Below, one piece after another: positions 39,855 to 48,809 of a stretch of 56,513 nucleotides of DNA; the stretch's first letter is position 1, and each line of letters opens with the position of its first letter. The stretch comes from Actinomycetota bacterium (GTDB lineage: Bacteria; Actinomycetota; JAUVYG01). The stretch is from positions 1-56,513 of the forward strand of contig JAUVYG010000002.1 in the NCBI GenBank assembly GCA_030603185.1, given 5' to 3'. The notes beneath the pieces are model-generated. The model saw only the letters and a program-made list of their open reading frames with translations. It made no database searches and was not told the origin of the DNA. A program made the translations under genes and the position numbers.

Positions 39855-41173
39855 AAGTTATAGAGAGAACAGCTGTTGTTGCCATCGTCGGAAGACCGAA
39901 CGTTGGCAAGTCAGCCCTAGTGAATCGGCTGTCTCAGATGGACAGCGCGATTGTTTCCCCCATTGAAGGGGTTACACGAGACAGGAACTACCTTCAGACA
40001 GAGTGGACTGGTAGGCGCTTCACCATTGTAGATACCGGTGGGATCAGCGCAGACAAAGATGAGACTACAGAGTCCATTCGTGAGCAAGCGATGATGGCCA
40101 TCGAAGAGGCGGATGTGATCGTCTTTGTGATGGACAGATTCGCTGGCATCATGCCCGGTGACACTGAGATCGCAGACCTACTCCGTCGGACCCACAAGCC
40201 GGTTATCCCAGTTGTGAATAAGGTTGATGACCCGGGACTGCACAAAGAAGGCGTGACCAGTTTCTACGAGATAGGTTTAAGCGAACCCATTCAGGTCTCT
40301 GCGTTGCATGGACTCGGCACCGGGGACCTATTGGATGAAGTCGTCAGCAAACTTCCTGAAGATACTGAAGAGGTGAGCGAGGACGAGGTCTCCATTGCCA
40401 TCGTAGGAAGGCCAAACGTTGGAAAGTCATCTCTGCTGAACCGGATCATTGGGAGCGACCGGTCTGTTGTTAGCCCGATTCCTGGTACGACGCGTGATGC
40501 TGTCGATAGTGTCATCGATGTAGATGGAGTCAGATACCGGTTTATCGATACTGCCGGAATCCGGCGCCGGGGCAGGGGAATCGCTGATCTTGAATTCTAC
40601 GGATGGGTCAGGGCAGTTCGAGCGCTTGAGCGGGCCGATATCGCTCTCTTTCTAATCGATGCTTTTGAAGGTGCGACCGAGATGGACCAGAAAGTCGCCG
40701 AGCTAATTGAGAAGCGCAAGTGCGGCATTGTTGTTCTGATGAACAAGTGGGACCTTCTCAAGGGCGACCCCGAGGCTCAGGAGCGTTGCGAAAAGAGCAT
40801 GCAGCGTCGTTTGTGGTTTTTTCCCCACGTCCCGTACCTCAACATATCCGCCGGCACCTCAAAGGGGATGCAGAGGCTATTCCCTGCTATTCAAGGAGTC
40901 TCCGAGGAGTTCTCTCGCAGGATTTCTACAGGAAAGATGAATCGGTTCTTGGATGATTTCAGAAAGACAAATCGAATGCCGTCCAAAAAGGGGAGAAGTC
41001 TTCGAGTCGAGTACGGCACACAAGTCAGCGCGGCCCCACCGAGCTTTGTCATCTTTGTCAACGACACTAATCTTGCGTCATCTGGCTTCAAGACCAATAT
41101 TGAACGTCAAATACGAGAGGAATTCGGATTTAGCGGTGCGCCCGTCCTCATCACGTTCAGGGAATCAAGCTAG
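39851..41173 (+). CDS. der: Ribosome-biogenesis GTPase Der (EngA)
   Basis: Two tandem GTPase domains (VAIVGRPNVGKSAL...DTGG...NKVD; IAIVGRPNVGKSSL...DTAG...NKWD) plus a KH-like C-terminus. The ATG at 39851 overlaps the upstream stop. Confidence 0.95.
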   Translation: MKVIERTAVVAIVGRPNVGKSALVNRLSQMDSAIVSPIEGVTRDRNYLQTEWTGRRFTIVDTGGISADKDETTESIREQAMMAIEEADVIVFVMDRFAGIMPGDTEIADLLRRTHKPVIPVVNKVDDPGLHKEGVTSFYEIGLSEPIQVSALHGLGTGDLLDEVVSKLPEDTEEVSEDEVSIAIVGRPNVGKSSLLNRIIGSDRSVVSPIPGTTRDAVDSVIDVDGVRYRFIDTAGIRRRGRGIADLEFYGWVRAVRALERADIALFLIDAFEGATEMDQKVAELIEKRKCGIVVLMNKWDLLKGDPEAQERCEKSMQRRLWFFPHVPYLNISAGTSKGMQRLFPAIQGVSEEFSRRISTGKMNRFLDDFRKTNRMPSKKGRSLRVEYGTQVSAAPPSFVIFVNDTNLASSGFKTNIERQIREEFGFSGAPVLITFRESS

Positions 41174-41863
41174 GTGGATCTTTTAGCATACTGGGGAGCG
41201 ATTCCCACCATTATCCTGGCGCTACTAATGGGTTACCTTGTGGGAGGTATTCCATCCGGTTTTGCTCTTGGAAGAATTGTCTACGGAATGGATATCCGAG
41301 AACACGGTAGCGGTAACATCGGTTTCACCAATGTGTTCAGGGTTCTTGGTTTTACCCCAGGAATGCTTGTACTAGCCGCAGACATAACAAAGGGATGGGT
41401 CGCCGTTGGTCTCGGGGTGCTAATGGTGAATGGGGCAGAAGGCGTTGTGGCTCAGACAGTGCCGGTCTTGGCCGGGGCAGCTGCCATTGTGGGGCATAGC
41501 TTTAGTTATGCGTTAAAGTTCAAAGGTGGCAAGGGGGTCGCAACAGCGGCTGGTGTGATTCTCGCACTCATGCCTTTTGTTGCTCTGATCGTGACGGCCG
41601 TGTGGGCGGTACTGTTGCTTGGATCTAGGTATATGTCAGTAGCATCCATCGGTGCAGCATTCTCTTTTCCGATTGCAGCATTCCTGACTGAAAGATCCGG
41701 GCCTGAGATTGTGTTTTCGGTGCTCGTATCTCTCCTAGTGGTGCTGCGCCACTACTCCAACGTGAAGCGTTTGATCGAGCGTACTGAGCCGAAGTTTGAG
41801 TTCAAGCGATCTGAAGATGGTTCCGATAAATCTCGCATGCACTCAGAGGATGCCTCTAGATGA
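41174..41863 (+). CDS. plsY: Glycerol-3-phosphate acyltransferase PlsY
   Basis: ...GYLVGGIPSGF...REHGSGNIGFTNVFR... and ...HSF...KFKGGKGVATAAG... are PlsY signatures. GTG start directly after the der stop. Confidence 0.9.
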   Translation: MDLLAYWGAIPTIILALLMGYLVGGIPSGFALGRIVYGMDIREHGSGNIGFTNVFRVLGFTPGMLVLAADITKGWVAVGLGVLMVNGAEGVVAQTVPVLAGAAAIVGHSFSYALKFKGGKGVATAAGVILALMPFVALIVTAVWAVLLLGSRYMSVASIGAAFSFPIAAFLTERSGPEIVFSVLVSLLVVLRHYSNVKRLIERTEPKFEFKRSEDGSDKSRMHSEDASR

Positions 41864-42867
41864 GTATTTCTGTTCTCGGAGCAGGCAGTTGGGGTACGGC
41901 GGTTGCAAATCTTCTCTCCGGAAACGGCAACGACGTCACGATGGTCGCCAGAACTGAGAGTCAGGCCACTGAGATCACCAACTCTAGGGAGAACACACCG
42001 TACCTGCCTGGAGTCATTCTTGATGGAGGACTGAAAATAGTCTCTGGGGGTCAAGCCGCAGTGGCCGATAGTCAGATCATTGTGCTTGCGGTCCCTTCGC
42101 GTTGGATCAGGGAAAGTCTTACCGGGTTGACGGACGAGCTGAAGCACTGCGTTTCAAGTGGTGGGGCTATCGTAAGCTTGGTCAAAGGACTAGAGCCTGA
42201 ATCTCATAGTCGCGTGACCCAGATAGTATCCGAGACACTGGATGTAAGCACAGACGTTGTGTCTGTACTAACGGGTCCAAATCATGCTGAAGAGGTGGCC
42301 AAAGGAATTCCTACCGCAGCAGTCATCGCTGCCCCCAAGCTGAATGTCGCTGAGAGGCTCCAAAGTGTGTTCAACACTGACTCCTTTCGTGTGTACACAC
42401 ATCCCGACCCGCTGGGTGCTGAGCTTGCAGGCGCCTCAAAGAATGTGATCGCAATAGCGGCAGGCATTTCCGATGGGCTTGGTTATGGAGATAACACTAA
42501 GGCAGCTCTCCTAACGAGGGGATTGAACGAGATGGCTCGACTCGGAGCTGCGGCTGGGGCCCAGGGCTCGACTTACTATGGATTAGCTGGGATGGGTGAT
42601 CTGATCGCCACCGGAACCAGCGCTCATTCGAGGAATCGTAGGGTTGGCGAATCTCTTGGTCGCGGTGAGACTATCGACTACATAACTTCGCACATGCGAA
42701 TGGTTGCAGAAGGTGTTACCACCGCCCCTGCCTTGCTGGCTATGGCGCAAGAGTATGGTGTTGAACTGCCCATCACTCAGCAGGTGGTTAATGTGATTAC
42801 TGGTGCATGCTCTCCAAGGGCGTCGGTGGACGCCCTGATGACCAGGGAGCTTGCGTCAGAAGTCTAG
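41860..42867 (+). CDS. gpsA: NAD(P)H-dependent glycerol-3-phosphate dehydrogenase
   Basis: MSISVLGAGSWGTAVANLL..., ...LVKGLE..., ...GPNHAEEV..., ...AGASKNVIAIAAG..., ...GDNTKAAL.TRGL.EM... and ...GLAGMGDLI.T..S..SRN...G. Confidence 0.93.
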   Translation: MSISVLGAGSWGTAVANLLSGNGNDVTMVARTESQATEITNSRENTPYLPGVILDGGLKIVSGGQAAVADSQIIVLAVPSRWIRESLTGLTDELKHCVSSGGAIVSLVKGLEPESHSRVTQIVSETLDVSTDVVSVLTGPNHAEEVAKGIPTAAVIAAPKLNVAERLQSVFNTDSFRVYTHPDPLGAELAGASKNVIAIAAGISDGLGYGDNTKAALLTRGLNEMARLGAAAGAQGSTYYGLAGMGDLIATGTSAHSRNRRVGESLGRGETIDYITSHMRMVAEGVTTAPALLAMAQEYGVELPITQQVVNVITGACSPRASVDALMTRELASEV

Positions 42868-43221
42868 CGGTTTGAGTCTTCCTCGGTGAGATGCCCCTGC
42901 TTGTTCGTAACGGAGTCAGCGATCCGGATCTTGTTGATGACTTTTTCGGAATGATTCTCCATATACGGAGTTTTCGTTTCCTGCAGCATGATCAAGGCCT
43001 GAGAGAATCTCAATATCTCCTGTGTACCCCACAGGCTTGGACTCAATGACAACCGAGTATTTTCTTCTCGATGATCTCGGGGGCGCCGCACTCGAAGAAG
43101 GAGACGACTAGATCGGTATCAAACTGAGAGACGGGCTTCAGCAGGCCCCTATGCGGGATGGTAATGTCTTATGCCAGCCGGAACATAGAGCGATGCGAGC
43201 TGTACCCAATGCATGCCCGTC
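42868..43221 (-). pseudogene. Unassigned 354-nt spacer holding only broken minus-strand ORF fragments; possible decayed SpeH-type S-adenosylmethionine decarboxylase remnant (very tentative)
   Basis: The only track ORF here is a weak 75-aa GTG-initiated frame (42864-43091). Two other minus frames read ...FDTDLVVSFFECGAPEIIEKKILG* and ...KPVGYTGDIEILSGLDH...VYGESF.... These loosely parallel the G.HL.V.F.EC...L and P.GvTG...ESH...EYG blocks of pyruvoyl AdoMetDC. There is no start codon, about 25 residues are missing, and the frames are shifted. Confidence 0.2.
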
Positions 43222-43923
43222 TTAGGGTTTTTGCTTGCTCCCGGATGGCAAGGCGAGAATCTTTGTAGTTACTCGGTTGATGGCGGCGAGGGTTGCTCTT
43301 ACTACCGCATGATCGATCGATCCGTCATCTGCTACAGGACAGGATCCGGAAAGCACCTTGTTCACGGGCTCGAAGCAGTGGACGAGGACCACGACAATCG
43401 GCTGATCCAGTAGTGTCACTTCAGAAATACTCTCAACAGTGAATTGATGCTCGCGGTCAGCAAGGTCCTCTACGGCCAAAAGGGTGGCCTCAGCGATCAG
43501 CCTCAGCCTCTGCTGAGATGTTAGATGCCCCGAAGCCTGACCGGTGCCTTCGCGTTTGTCTATATCAAGGGTTACCTGTGCTTCACCATTTGTTGAGTTC
43601 GCAATGAACACGATATTGGAGATTTTTGGTCGCTTCGCTCCGTTTGAACCGCGGCTGGAGCCATTTCTCGCAATTTCTGCCGGAATGGCATTACTCTCGA
43701 TATGCAGAGAAGACGGGGGAAGCGAAAGCCCGTACGTACCGGCCAGCAGTTCTTTTAGGAGATTCTCGAATTCGTCGGGTCGCGTACCTTCGCGAAGAAG
43801 TACGTCGACTTTACTGATTCCTTTACCCTCATCCCCATGCACCTGGCAGGTGACTACTTCGGGGTATTTTCTAATGTCTTCTTCCAGAGAGTAGCGGTCG
43901 AATCCGCGTTGTCTATCCATCAT
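43222..43923 (-). CDS. Hypothetical protein, no recognisable family; translationally coupled to the upstream diguanylate cyclase
   Basis: 233-aa ORF whose ATG overlaps the GGDEF gene stop (ATGA, 43920-43923). The composition looks like a real protein. It has three parts: a roughly 75-aa N-terminal module, a basic Ser/Gly-rich linker, and a roughly 125-aa C-terminal region with two similar segments. Confidence 0.65.
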   Translation of the reverse strand: MMDRQRGFDRYSLEEDIRKYPEVVTCQVHGDEGKGISKVDVLLREGTRPDEFENLLKELLAGTYGLSLPPSSLHIESNAIPAEIARNGSSRGSNGAKRPKISNIVFIANSTNGEAQVTLDIDKREGTGQASGHLTSQQRLRLIAEATLLAVEDLADREHQFTVESISEVTLLDQPIVVVLVHCFEPVNKVLSGSCPVADDGSIDHAVVRATLAAINRVTTKILALPSGSKQKP

Positions 43924-45041
43924 CCACCCCCAATGTAGCGCCCAAAGGGCCTCCTGCCGAATGGCGCGGTGGTGGAGTGGACAAACTCGGATTCTGAGTC
44001 TTGCACTCGTCTTTCCTGCGGCTTTTCAGTACTTGGTTCATCAGTTGTCCGCGTGCTGGCTTCAAGCGCTGTATCTGCGGAGTCAGCCTTTCTAAGACGC
44101 TTGGCCTTATATAGCCTTGAGTCCGCGATTCCCACGAGAGGCTCTGATGCTCCCGCATCGTTCGGGTAATTTGCCATACCAAAGCTAGCACCTACGACCA
44201 CACCCGATTCAAAATCTTCATTAAGGTCAACAATACGCCTCTCAAGCCTTGTTACAAGGGAGTGGGTGTCGTTATTTGGCAGATGAGGAAGAACTATGGC
44301 GAACTCATCACCCCCATACCTCATGGGGGTGTCGATCCTTCGAACGTTGGCCTTAAGCACTTCGCCGATCCTTCTAAGAAGTCTGTCACCCGCCTGATGT
44401 CCATAAAGGTCATTGAACGATTTAAACCCGTCTAGATCCATGAGGACGAGCGAAAACTCCGTACCCAAACGTTCGGATCTTGAGATCTCTTGGGGGAGGA
44501 TCTCATCGAAGTACCGTCTGTTGTACAAGCCGGTTAGACTGTCTTGCATCCGCAGCTCTTCCGAAGCGCGGAACCGCAGAGAAACATCTATGACTTTTCC
44601 GGCCGTACCCACGAGGAATCCAAGGAATCCGTCAGAGACGTCCGGGGCAGTAGAGTTACGGTCAAGCCCTAAAAGAAACAGTCCATCGCCACTGGTCACG
44701 GCAATATCAACAAGCGGAGAGTCGATCCACTCAACATCGTCGCCAGATGGATCATCGATGATCTGTCGCGCGCCTGAGTAAATGTGTCGAGCGTCATCCA
44801 GCTCATAAGTGTGATTATTCGCCCGCACGATGAACAGCTGGTCATGGTAGGTGACACCAGCACGGTAGTACGCTGCCAACTGCAGGTTCAGGCCTTCCAC
44901 TAGGGCCATTAAGACTTCGTGTACCAAGGTCTCATTATTGTGATCCCCAGCTAAATCGATGAGAGGCATGATGTGCCTCGCAGCGTGCTCAAGCGGGTCA
45001 GATGCTGTGGTTTTGTCGATCTCTCGACTATTCTCTTCCAA
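43920..45041 (-). CDS. Diguanylate cyclase (GAF-like N-terminal sensor + GGDEF domain, I-site present)
   Basis: ...DSLTGLYNRRYF..., ...LVLMDLDGFKSFNDLYGHQAGD... and ...NVRRIDTPMRYGGDEFAIVLPH... show an intact GGDEF and an RxxD five residues upstream. TTG start. The last roughly 60 residues are low complexity. Confidence 0.88.
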   Translation of the reverse strand: MEENSREIDKTTASDPLEHAARHIMPLIDLAGDHNNETLVHEVLMALVEGLNLQLAAYYRAGVTYHDQLFIVRANNHTYELDDARHIYSGARQIIDDPSGDDVEWIDSPLVDIAVTSGDGLFLLGLDRNSTAPDVSDGFLGFLVGTAGKVIDVSLRFRASEELRMQDSLTGLYNRRYFDEILPQEISRSERLGTEFSLVLMDLDGFKSFNDLYGHQAGDRLLRRIGEVLKANVRRIDTPMRYGGDEFAIVLPHLPNNDTHSLVTRLERRIVDLNEDFESGVVVGASFGMANYPNDAGASEPLVGIADSRLYKAKRLRKADSADTALEASTRTTDEPSTEKPQERRVQDSESEFVHSTTAPFGRRPFGRYIGGG

Positions 45042-45174
45042 GAGTTAGCCCCGTGGTAGTCAATAAGCTCCCTGACCTAATACATCGTCAAAATCAGCGG
45101 ATAATAGGAATATTAGAGAAAAAGATCTAAATGGTCCATATATCCTTGTCTGAGCATAGCTTATCAAAGATAGA

Positions 45175-47226
45175 ATGTTTCCCATGGGCAGATTAGAGCA
45201 TCCTTCAGTTGTTGGCATAGATATCGGTGGTACTTTTACTGATTTCTACTTCGTCTCGGCGGAAGGACTTAAGGTGCGAAAGGTACTTTCGTCCGCCCAG
45301 GCACCGTCTGATGTCATCAAAATGGGAGTTCGAGGACTCCCCATGAGTTCGTGGGATGTTGTTCACGGTTCTACAATTGCGACCAATGCCCTTATCGAGT
45401 CACAAGGCTGTCGAACGGCATTGGTGGCAACCGATGGCTTCCAGGACCTAATCGAGATCGGCAGGCAGGATAGGCCTGACATCTATAACCCAATGCCCAG
45501 AAGACCTGATGTGCTAGTTCCTCAGGATCTGCGAATCGGGGTTTCCGAGAGGATCAGTGCGGACGGAGGGGTCCTACTGAGCCTGACCGACGCAGAGATT
45601 GAGCGTGTCGTGGCTCGGGTTGGCGCAACAAATGCCGAGGCGGTAGCTGTATGTTTTCTGTTCAGTTTTATATACCCTGAGCACGAAAAACTGATAACTG
45701 ACGCACTCAGGGGCGAAGGATACTTCGTGACTGCCAGTCACGAGATTCTTCCCGAGTACCGGGAGCATGAGCGCATGACGACTACTGTTTTGAATTCCTA
45801 TCTCTCTCAGCTGGTCGGTGAGAGTGTGGACGAGGTGGATAAGGCTTCTCGGGGTCGTTCTTTTTTGGTCATGCAATCCCATGGTGGGGTCACCAGCTCG
45901 GCGGATGTAATGCAGAACCCACTCAGCATGGTTATGTCAGGCCCAGCCGCCGGAGTTCTGGCCGCACAAAGGATATCTGGGGAAGCCGGATACAAAATGA
46001 TGATCAGTTTCGACATGGGCGGTACTTCCACTGACGTTGCTTTGGCAACCACTGAATACCCCCGATCGTCAGAGGGCAGTATTGCAGGTAGGTCCTATCG
46101 CCTTCGAAGTTGTGATGTTGAGACGGTGGGAGCAGGTGGGGGGTCCATTGCTTGGATAGATCCTGCTGGGTCCCTAAAGGTCGGCCCCGAAAGTGCTGGG
46201 GCTTCTCCGGGGCCGGCCAGTTACGGCACAGGGATTCTGCCAACAGTGTGCGATGCCAACCTCGTCCTGGGAAGGTTGCATGCTGAGGCAGCGCTAGGAA
46301 ATGGGATGAAAATGGATAGGGCGCGTGCCATTGCGGCCATCGAACCCCTTGCGACAGAGATCGGTACCTCTGTCGAGGATGCGGCTCTAGCTATCGCTGA
46401 CATAGTGGACTCCAATATGGCTAGAGCGATACGCAGGGTTTCTTTGGAGAAAGGGCATGATCCAGCCCAGGCTGTTCTGGTGGCATACGGGGGAGCCGGA
46501 CCCCAACATGCTTGCGACGTTGCTCGTGCGATGGATATCAACGCGGTGCTGATACCTCCATCTCCTGGAGCTCTTTCTGCCCAGGGGCTGGTCATGGCCG
46601 ACAAGACTAAAGAGAAAGCAATAGGTTGCCTTGGCGTCCTTACCGAGCGTGCTTCTGAGACCATTGGTCAGATACTGGATGGTTTGAGCGTGGAGAACCT
46701 AAGTGATCTGCACCGACTATCCGTTAGGACAGAGCATGCCGAGCACAAGTATTGGCTGGATCTAAGATATCTGGGCCAGTCCTATGAGATATCAGTTCCT
46801 GTTAGGTTGCTGGACGGTCGCAGCGAACTCGACTGGGAACGAGCGGTTGCGGACTTTCATTCCTTGCATAGAATCCAATACGGATTCAGTCACCAGAACA
46901 AGGATATTGAGCATGTGGCCGTGAGGGCTCTCGCGTCCATTCCTTCAGGCGTAATTCTGGGAGATCGGTCGGCCACCGAAAGGGATTCGTCCCACACACT
47001 TCTTGAGGGTAGTGAGCATCAGATGTGGTTTCATGCTGATGGCACCTCAGACACAGCCCCAAAACAGTACTCCACTCAGGTCTTTCTCAGAGACGAACTT
47101 TCGAGCAACCGGATAGACGGTCCAGCCTTGGTGCTACAGCATGATTCTACGGTTGTGATCCCCCCTGACTTCTTCGGCGCAGCGGACGCTTTGGGAAATC
47201 TAGTTCTGCAGAGTGTGAACTCGTGA
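45175..47226 (+). CDS. hyuA: Hydantoinase/oxoprolinase family, A (HyuA-type, ATP-binding) subunit
   Basis: ...VVGIDIGGTFTDF..., ...HGSTIATNALIE..., ...TDGFQDLIEIGRQ.RP..Y... and ...SFDMGGTSTDV... match the Hydantoinase_A/N-methylhydantoinase A/acetone-carboxylase beta family. Confidence 0.88.
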   Translation: MFPMGRLEHPSVVGIDIGGTFTDFYFVSAEGLKVRKVLSSAQAPSDVIKMGVRGLPMSSWDVVHGSTIATNALIESQGCRTALVATDGFQDLIEIGRQDRPDIYNPMPRRPDVLVPQDLRIGVSERISADGGVLLSLTDAEIERVVARVGATNAEAVAVCFLFSFIYPEHEKLITDALRGEGYFVTASHEILPEYREHERMTTTVLNSYLSQLVGESVDEVDKASRGRSFLVMQSHGGVTSSADVMQNPLSMVMSGPAAGVLAAQRISGEAGYKMMISFDMGGTSTDVALATTEYPRSSEGSIAGRSYRLRSCDVETVGAGGGSIAWIDPAGSLKVGPESAGASPGPASYGTGILPTVCDANLVLGRLHAEAALGNGMKMDRARAIAAIEPLATEIGTSVEDAALAIADIVDSNMARAIRRVSLEKGHDPAQAVLVAYGGAGPQHACDVARAMDINAVLIPPSPGALSAQGLVMADKTKEKAIGCLGVLTERASETIGQILDGLSVENLSDLHRLSVRTEHAEHKYWLDLRYLGQSYEISVPVRLLDGRSELDWERAVADFHSLHRIQYGFSHQNKDIEHVAVRALASIPSGVILGDRSATERDSSHTLLEGSEHQMWFHADGTSDTAPKQYSTQVFLRDELSSNRIDGPALVLQHDSTVVIPPDFFGAADALGNLVLQSVNS

Positions 47227-48809
47227 CCGGCATGGCCAGGATCGGGATCTGGAATGATCTATTCGCCTCTGTTGCAGAAGAGATGGGGGAGACTCTTGGG
47301 CGCTCTGCGATGTCCCCCAACATAAAAGAGCGTCGGGATCATTCCTGCGCCATTTTCGATCAGAACGGGCATTTGGTCTCACAGGCGGCTCACATACCTG
47401 TTCATCTTGGGTCCCTTCGGACTGGAGTCAGAAATGTTCTAAACGAGATCGAGTTGACTGCCGGTGATGTAGTTGTATTCAATGACCCATATATCGGCGG
47501 CACCCACCTCCCAGACGTTTCAATGATTTCAGCCGTTTATTCGGAATCCCAGATCATCGGTTACGTGGCAAGCAAGGCCCATCAGAGTGACATTGGTGGT
47601 TCGAACCCTTCATCCATGGGGCTTGCAAACGACATTTCCGACGAAGGGATACTTATCCCTCCAACTATGATTGCCCTGAAGGGGGCCATCAATTCAGAGG
47701 TGTTCGAGCCCATCATGTCCCAAATGTTGAACAGGGAGGAGCGCGAAGGGGATTTTCAGGCCCAGATCGGTGCTCATAGGGTGGGTGAGGCGCGCCTTTC
47801 GGCCCTCGCAAAAAGGTATGGCATAGATAAGTTCCGAGGGTCCATGGACGATCTGATCCAGTACTCCGACAAACTGGCTCAGAGTCTAATCTCCCAGATC
47901 CCCTCTGGAGAGTACATGGGGTCGGACTTGCTGGATGATGATGGTTTCGGGAACACGGACATCCTGATTAGATGCCGAGTGGTTGTCGCAGATGATCAAA
48001 TACTCTTTGACTTCTCTGGTTCCTCAGATGCAGTGGAGGGGCCACTCAATGCTCCAAAAAGTGTCACTGAATCGGCAGCGATCTATGTTCTCAAGTGCAT
48101 TTTAGGTGCAAGTGTTCCAATGAATGAAGGCCTAATGCGCAGAGTGAAGCTGATCACCGAGCCGGGCTCCATCGTTGATGCTCAGAGCCCCTCTGCCGTT
48201 GCTGCCGCCAATGTAGAGACTTCTCAACGGGTGGTAGATACCATCTTTCGAGCCTTGGCACCCGCTATGCCTGAAGTGATTCCAGCCGCATCGTCAGGGG
48301 GCATGAACAATGTATCCATATCTTTCGAGAGGCCGGACGGGACCAGTATGTCCTACTATGAGACCATCGGTGGGGGAGCTGGAGCTGGCTCCCATTATGA
48401 AGGCGAATCTGGCATTCAGACTCACATGACAAACACCATGAACACTCCTGTAGAGGCCCTTGAGATGAGTTACCCCATGCGGGTCCGACGTTATGAGATT
48501 CGAAATGACTCCGGAGGCCATGGCAAGAACAGGGGAGGCAACGGCGTTACCCGAGAGTATGAGTTTCTAGCCCCTGCAAGAATCGCACTGTTGACTGAAA
48601 GACGGGCCAGGGGGCCCTGGGGGCTGAATGGTGGCCTCCCTGGGTCACCTGGGTTTAACCGCTTGATCACGTCGGAAGGTGAGTACGATCTTGCGGCAAA
48701 GGTGGTCAAAGATGTTAATGAAGGGGATATTCTAAGTATTACTACTCCTGGCGGCGGAGGCTGGGGTAAAAGTGACAACAAGGATGGGATGATTGATGGG
48801 TCTACCTGA
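47223..48809 (+). CDS. hyuB: Hydantoinase/oxoprolinase family, B (HyuB-type) subunit
   Basis: GTGA overlap with hyuA. ...SPNIKERRDHSCAIFD..., ...NDPY.GGTHLPD..., ...AAANVETSQR... and ...GGGAGAG... are Hydantoinase_B signatures. Confidence 0.88.
   Translation: MTGMARIGIWNDLFASVAEEMGETLGRSAMSPNIKERRDHSCAIFDQNGHLVSQAAHIPVHLGSLRTGVRNVLNEIELTAGDVVVFNDPYIGGTHLPDVSMISAVYSESQIIGYVASKAHQSDIGGSNPSSMGLANDISDEGILIPPTMIALKGAINSEVFEPIMSQMLNREEREGDFQAQIGAHRVGEARLSALAKRYGIDKFRGSMDDLIQYSDKLAQSLISQIPSGEYMGSDLLDDDGFGNTDILIRCRVVVADDQILFDFSGSSDAVEGPLNAPKSVTESAAIYVLKCILGASVPMNEGLMRRVKLITEPGSIVDAQSPSAVAAANVETSQRVVDTIFRALAPAMPEVIPAASSGGMNNVSISFERPDGTSMSYYETIGGGAGAGSHYEGESGIQTHMTNTMNTPVEALEMSYPMRVRRYEIRNDSGGHGKNRGGNGVTREYEFLAPARIALLTERRARGPWGLNGGLPGSPGFNRLITSEGEYDLAAKVVKDVNEGDILSITTPGGGGWGKSDNKDGMIDGST

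Noticed and set aside
43222-43923. PilZ-like c-di-GMP binding motif in the 233-aa protein (N-terminal R-G-F-D-R fits RxxxR)
   Set aside because: The second half of the PilZ signature, (D/N)xSxxG about 20-30 residues downstream, is not present. The nearest segment reads KGISKVD. RxxxR alone is too common to support a call.
43092-45174. c-di-GMP riboswitches (GEMM-I/II) in the leaders and flanks of the GGDEF operon
   Set aside because: Neither strand shows the GEMM-I cores (GCACAGGGCAAACC / ACGCAAAGCC.CCGG) or a GEMM-II-like pseudoknot consensus. The 133-nt region 45042-45174 simply looks like an AT-rich divergent promoter.
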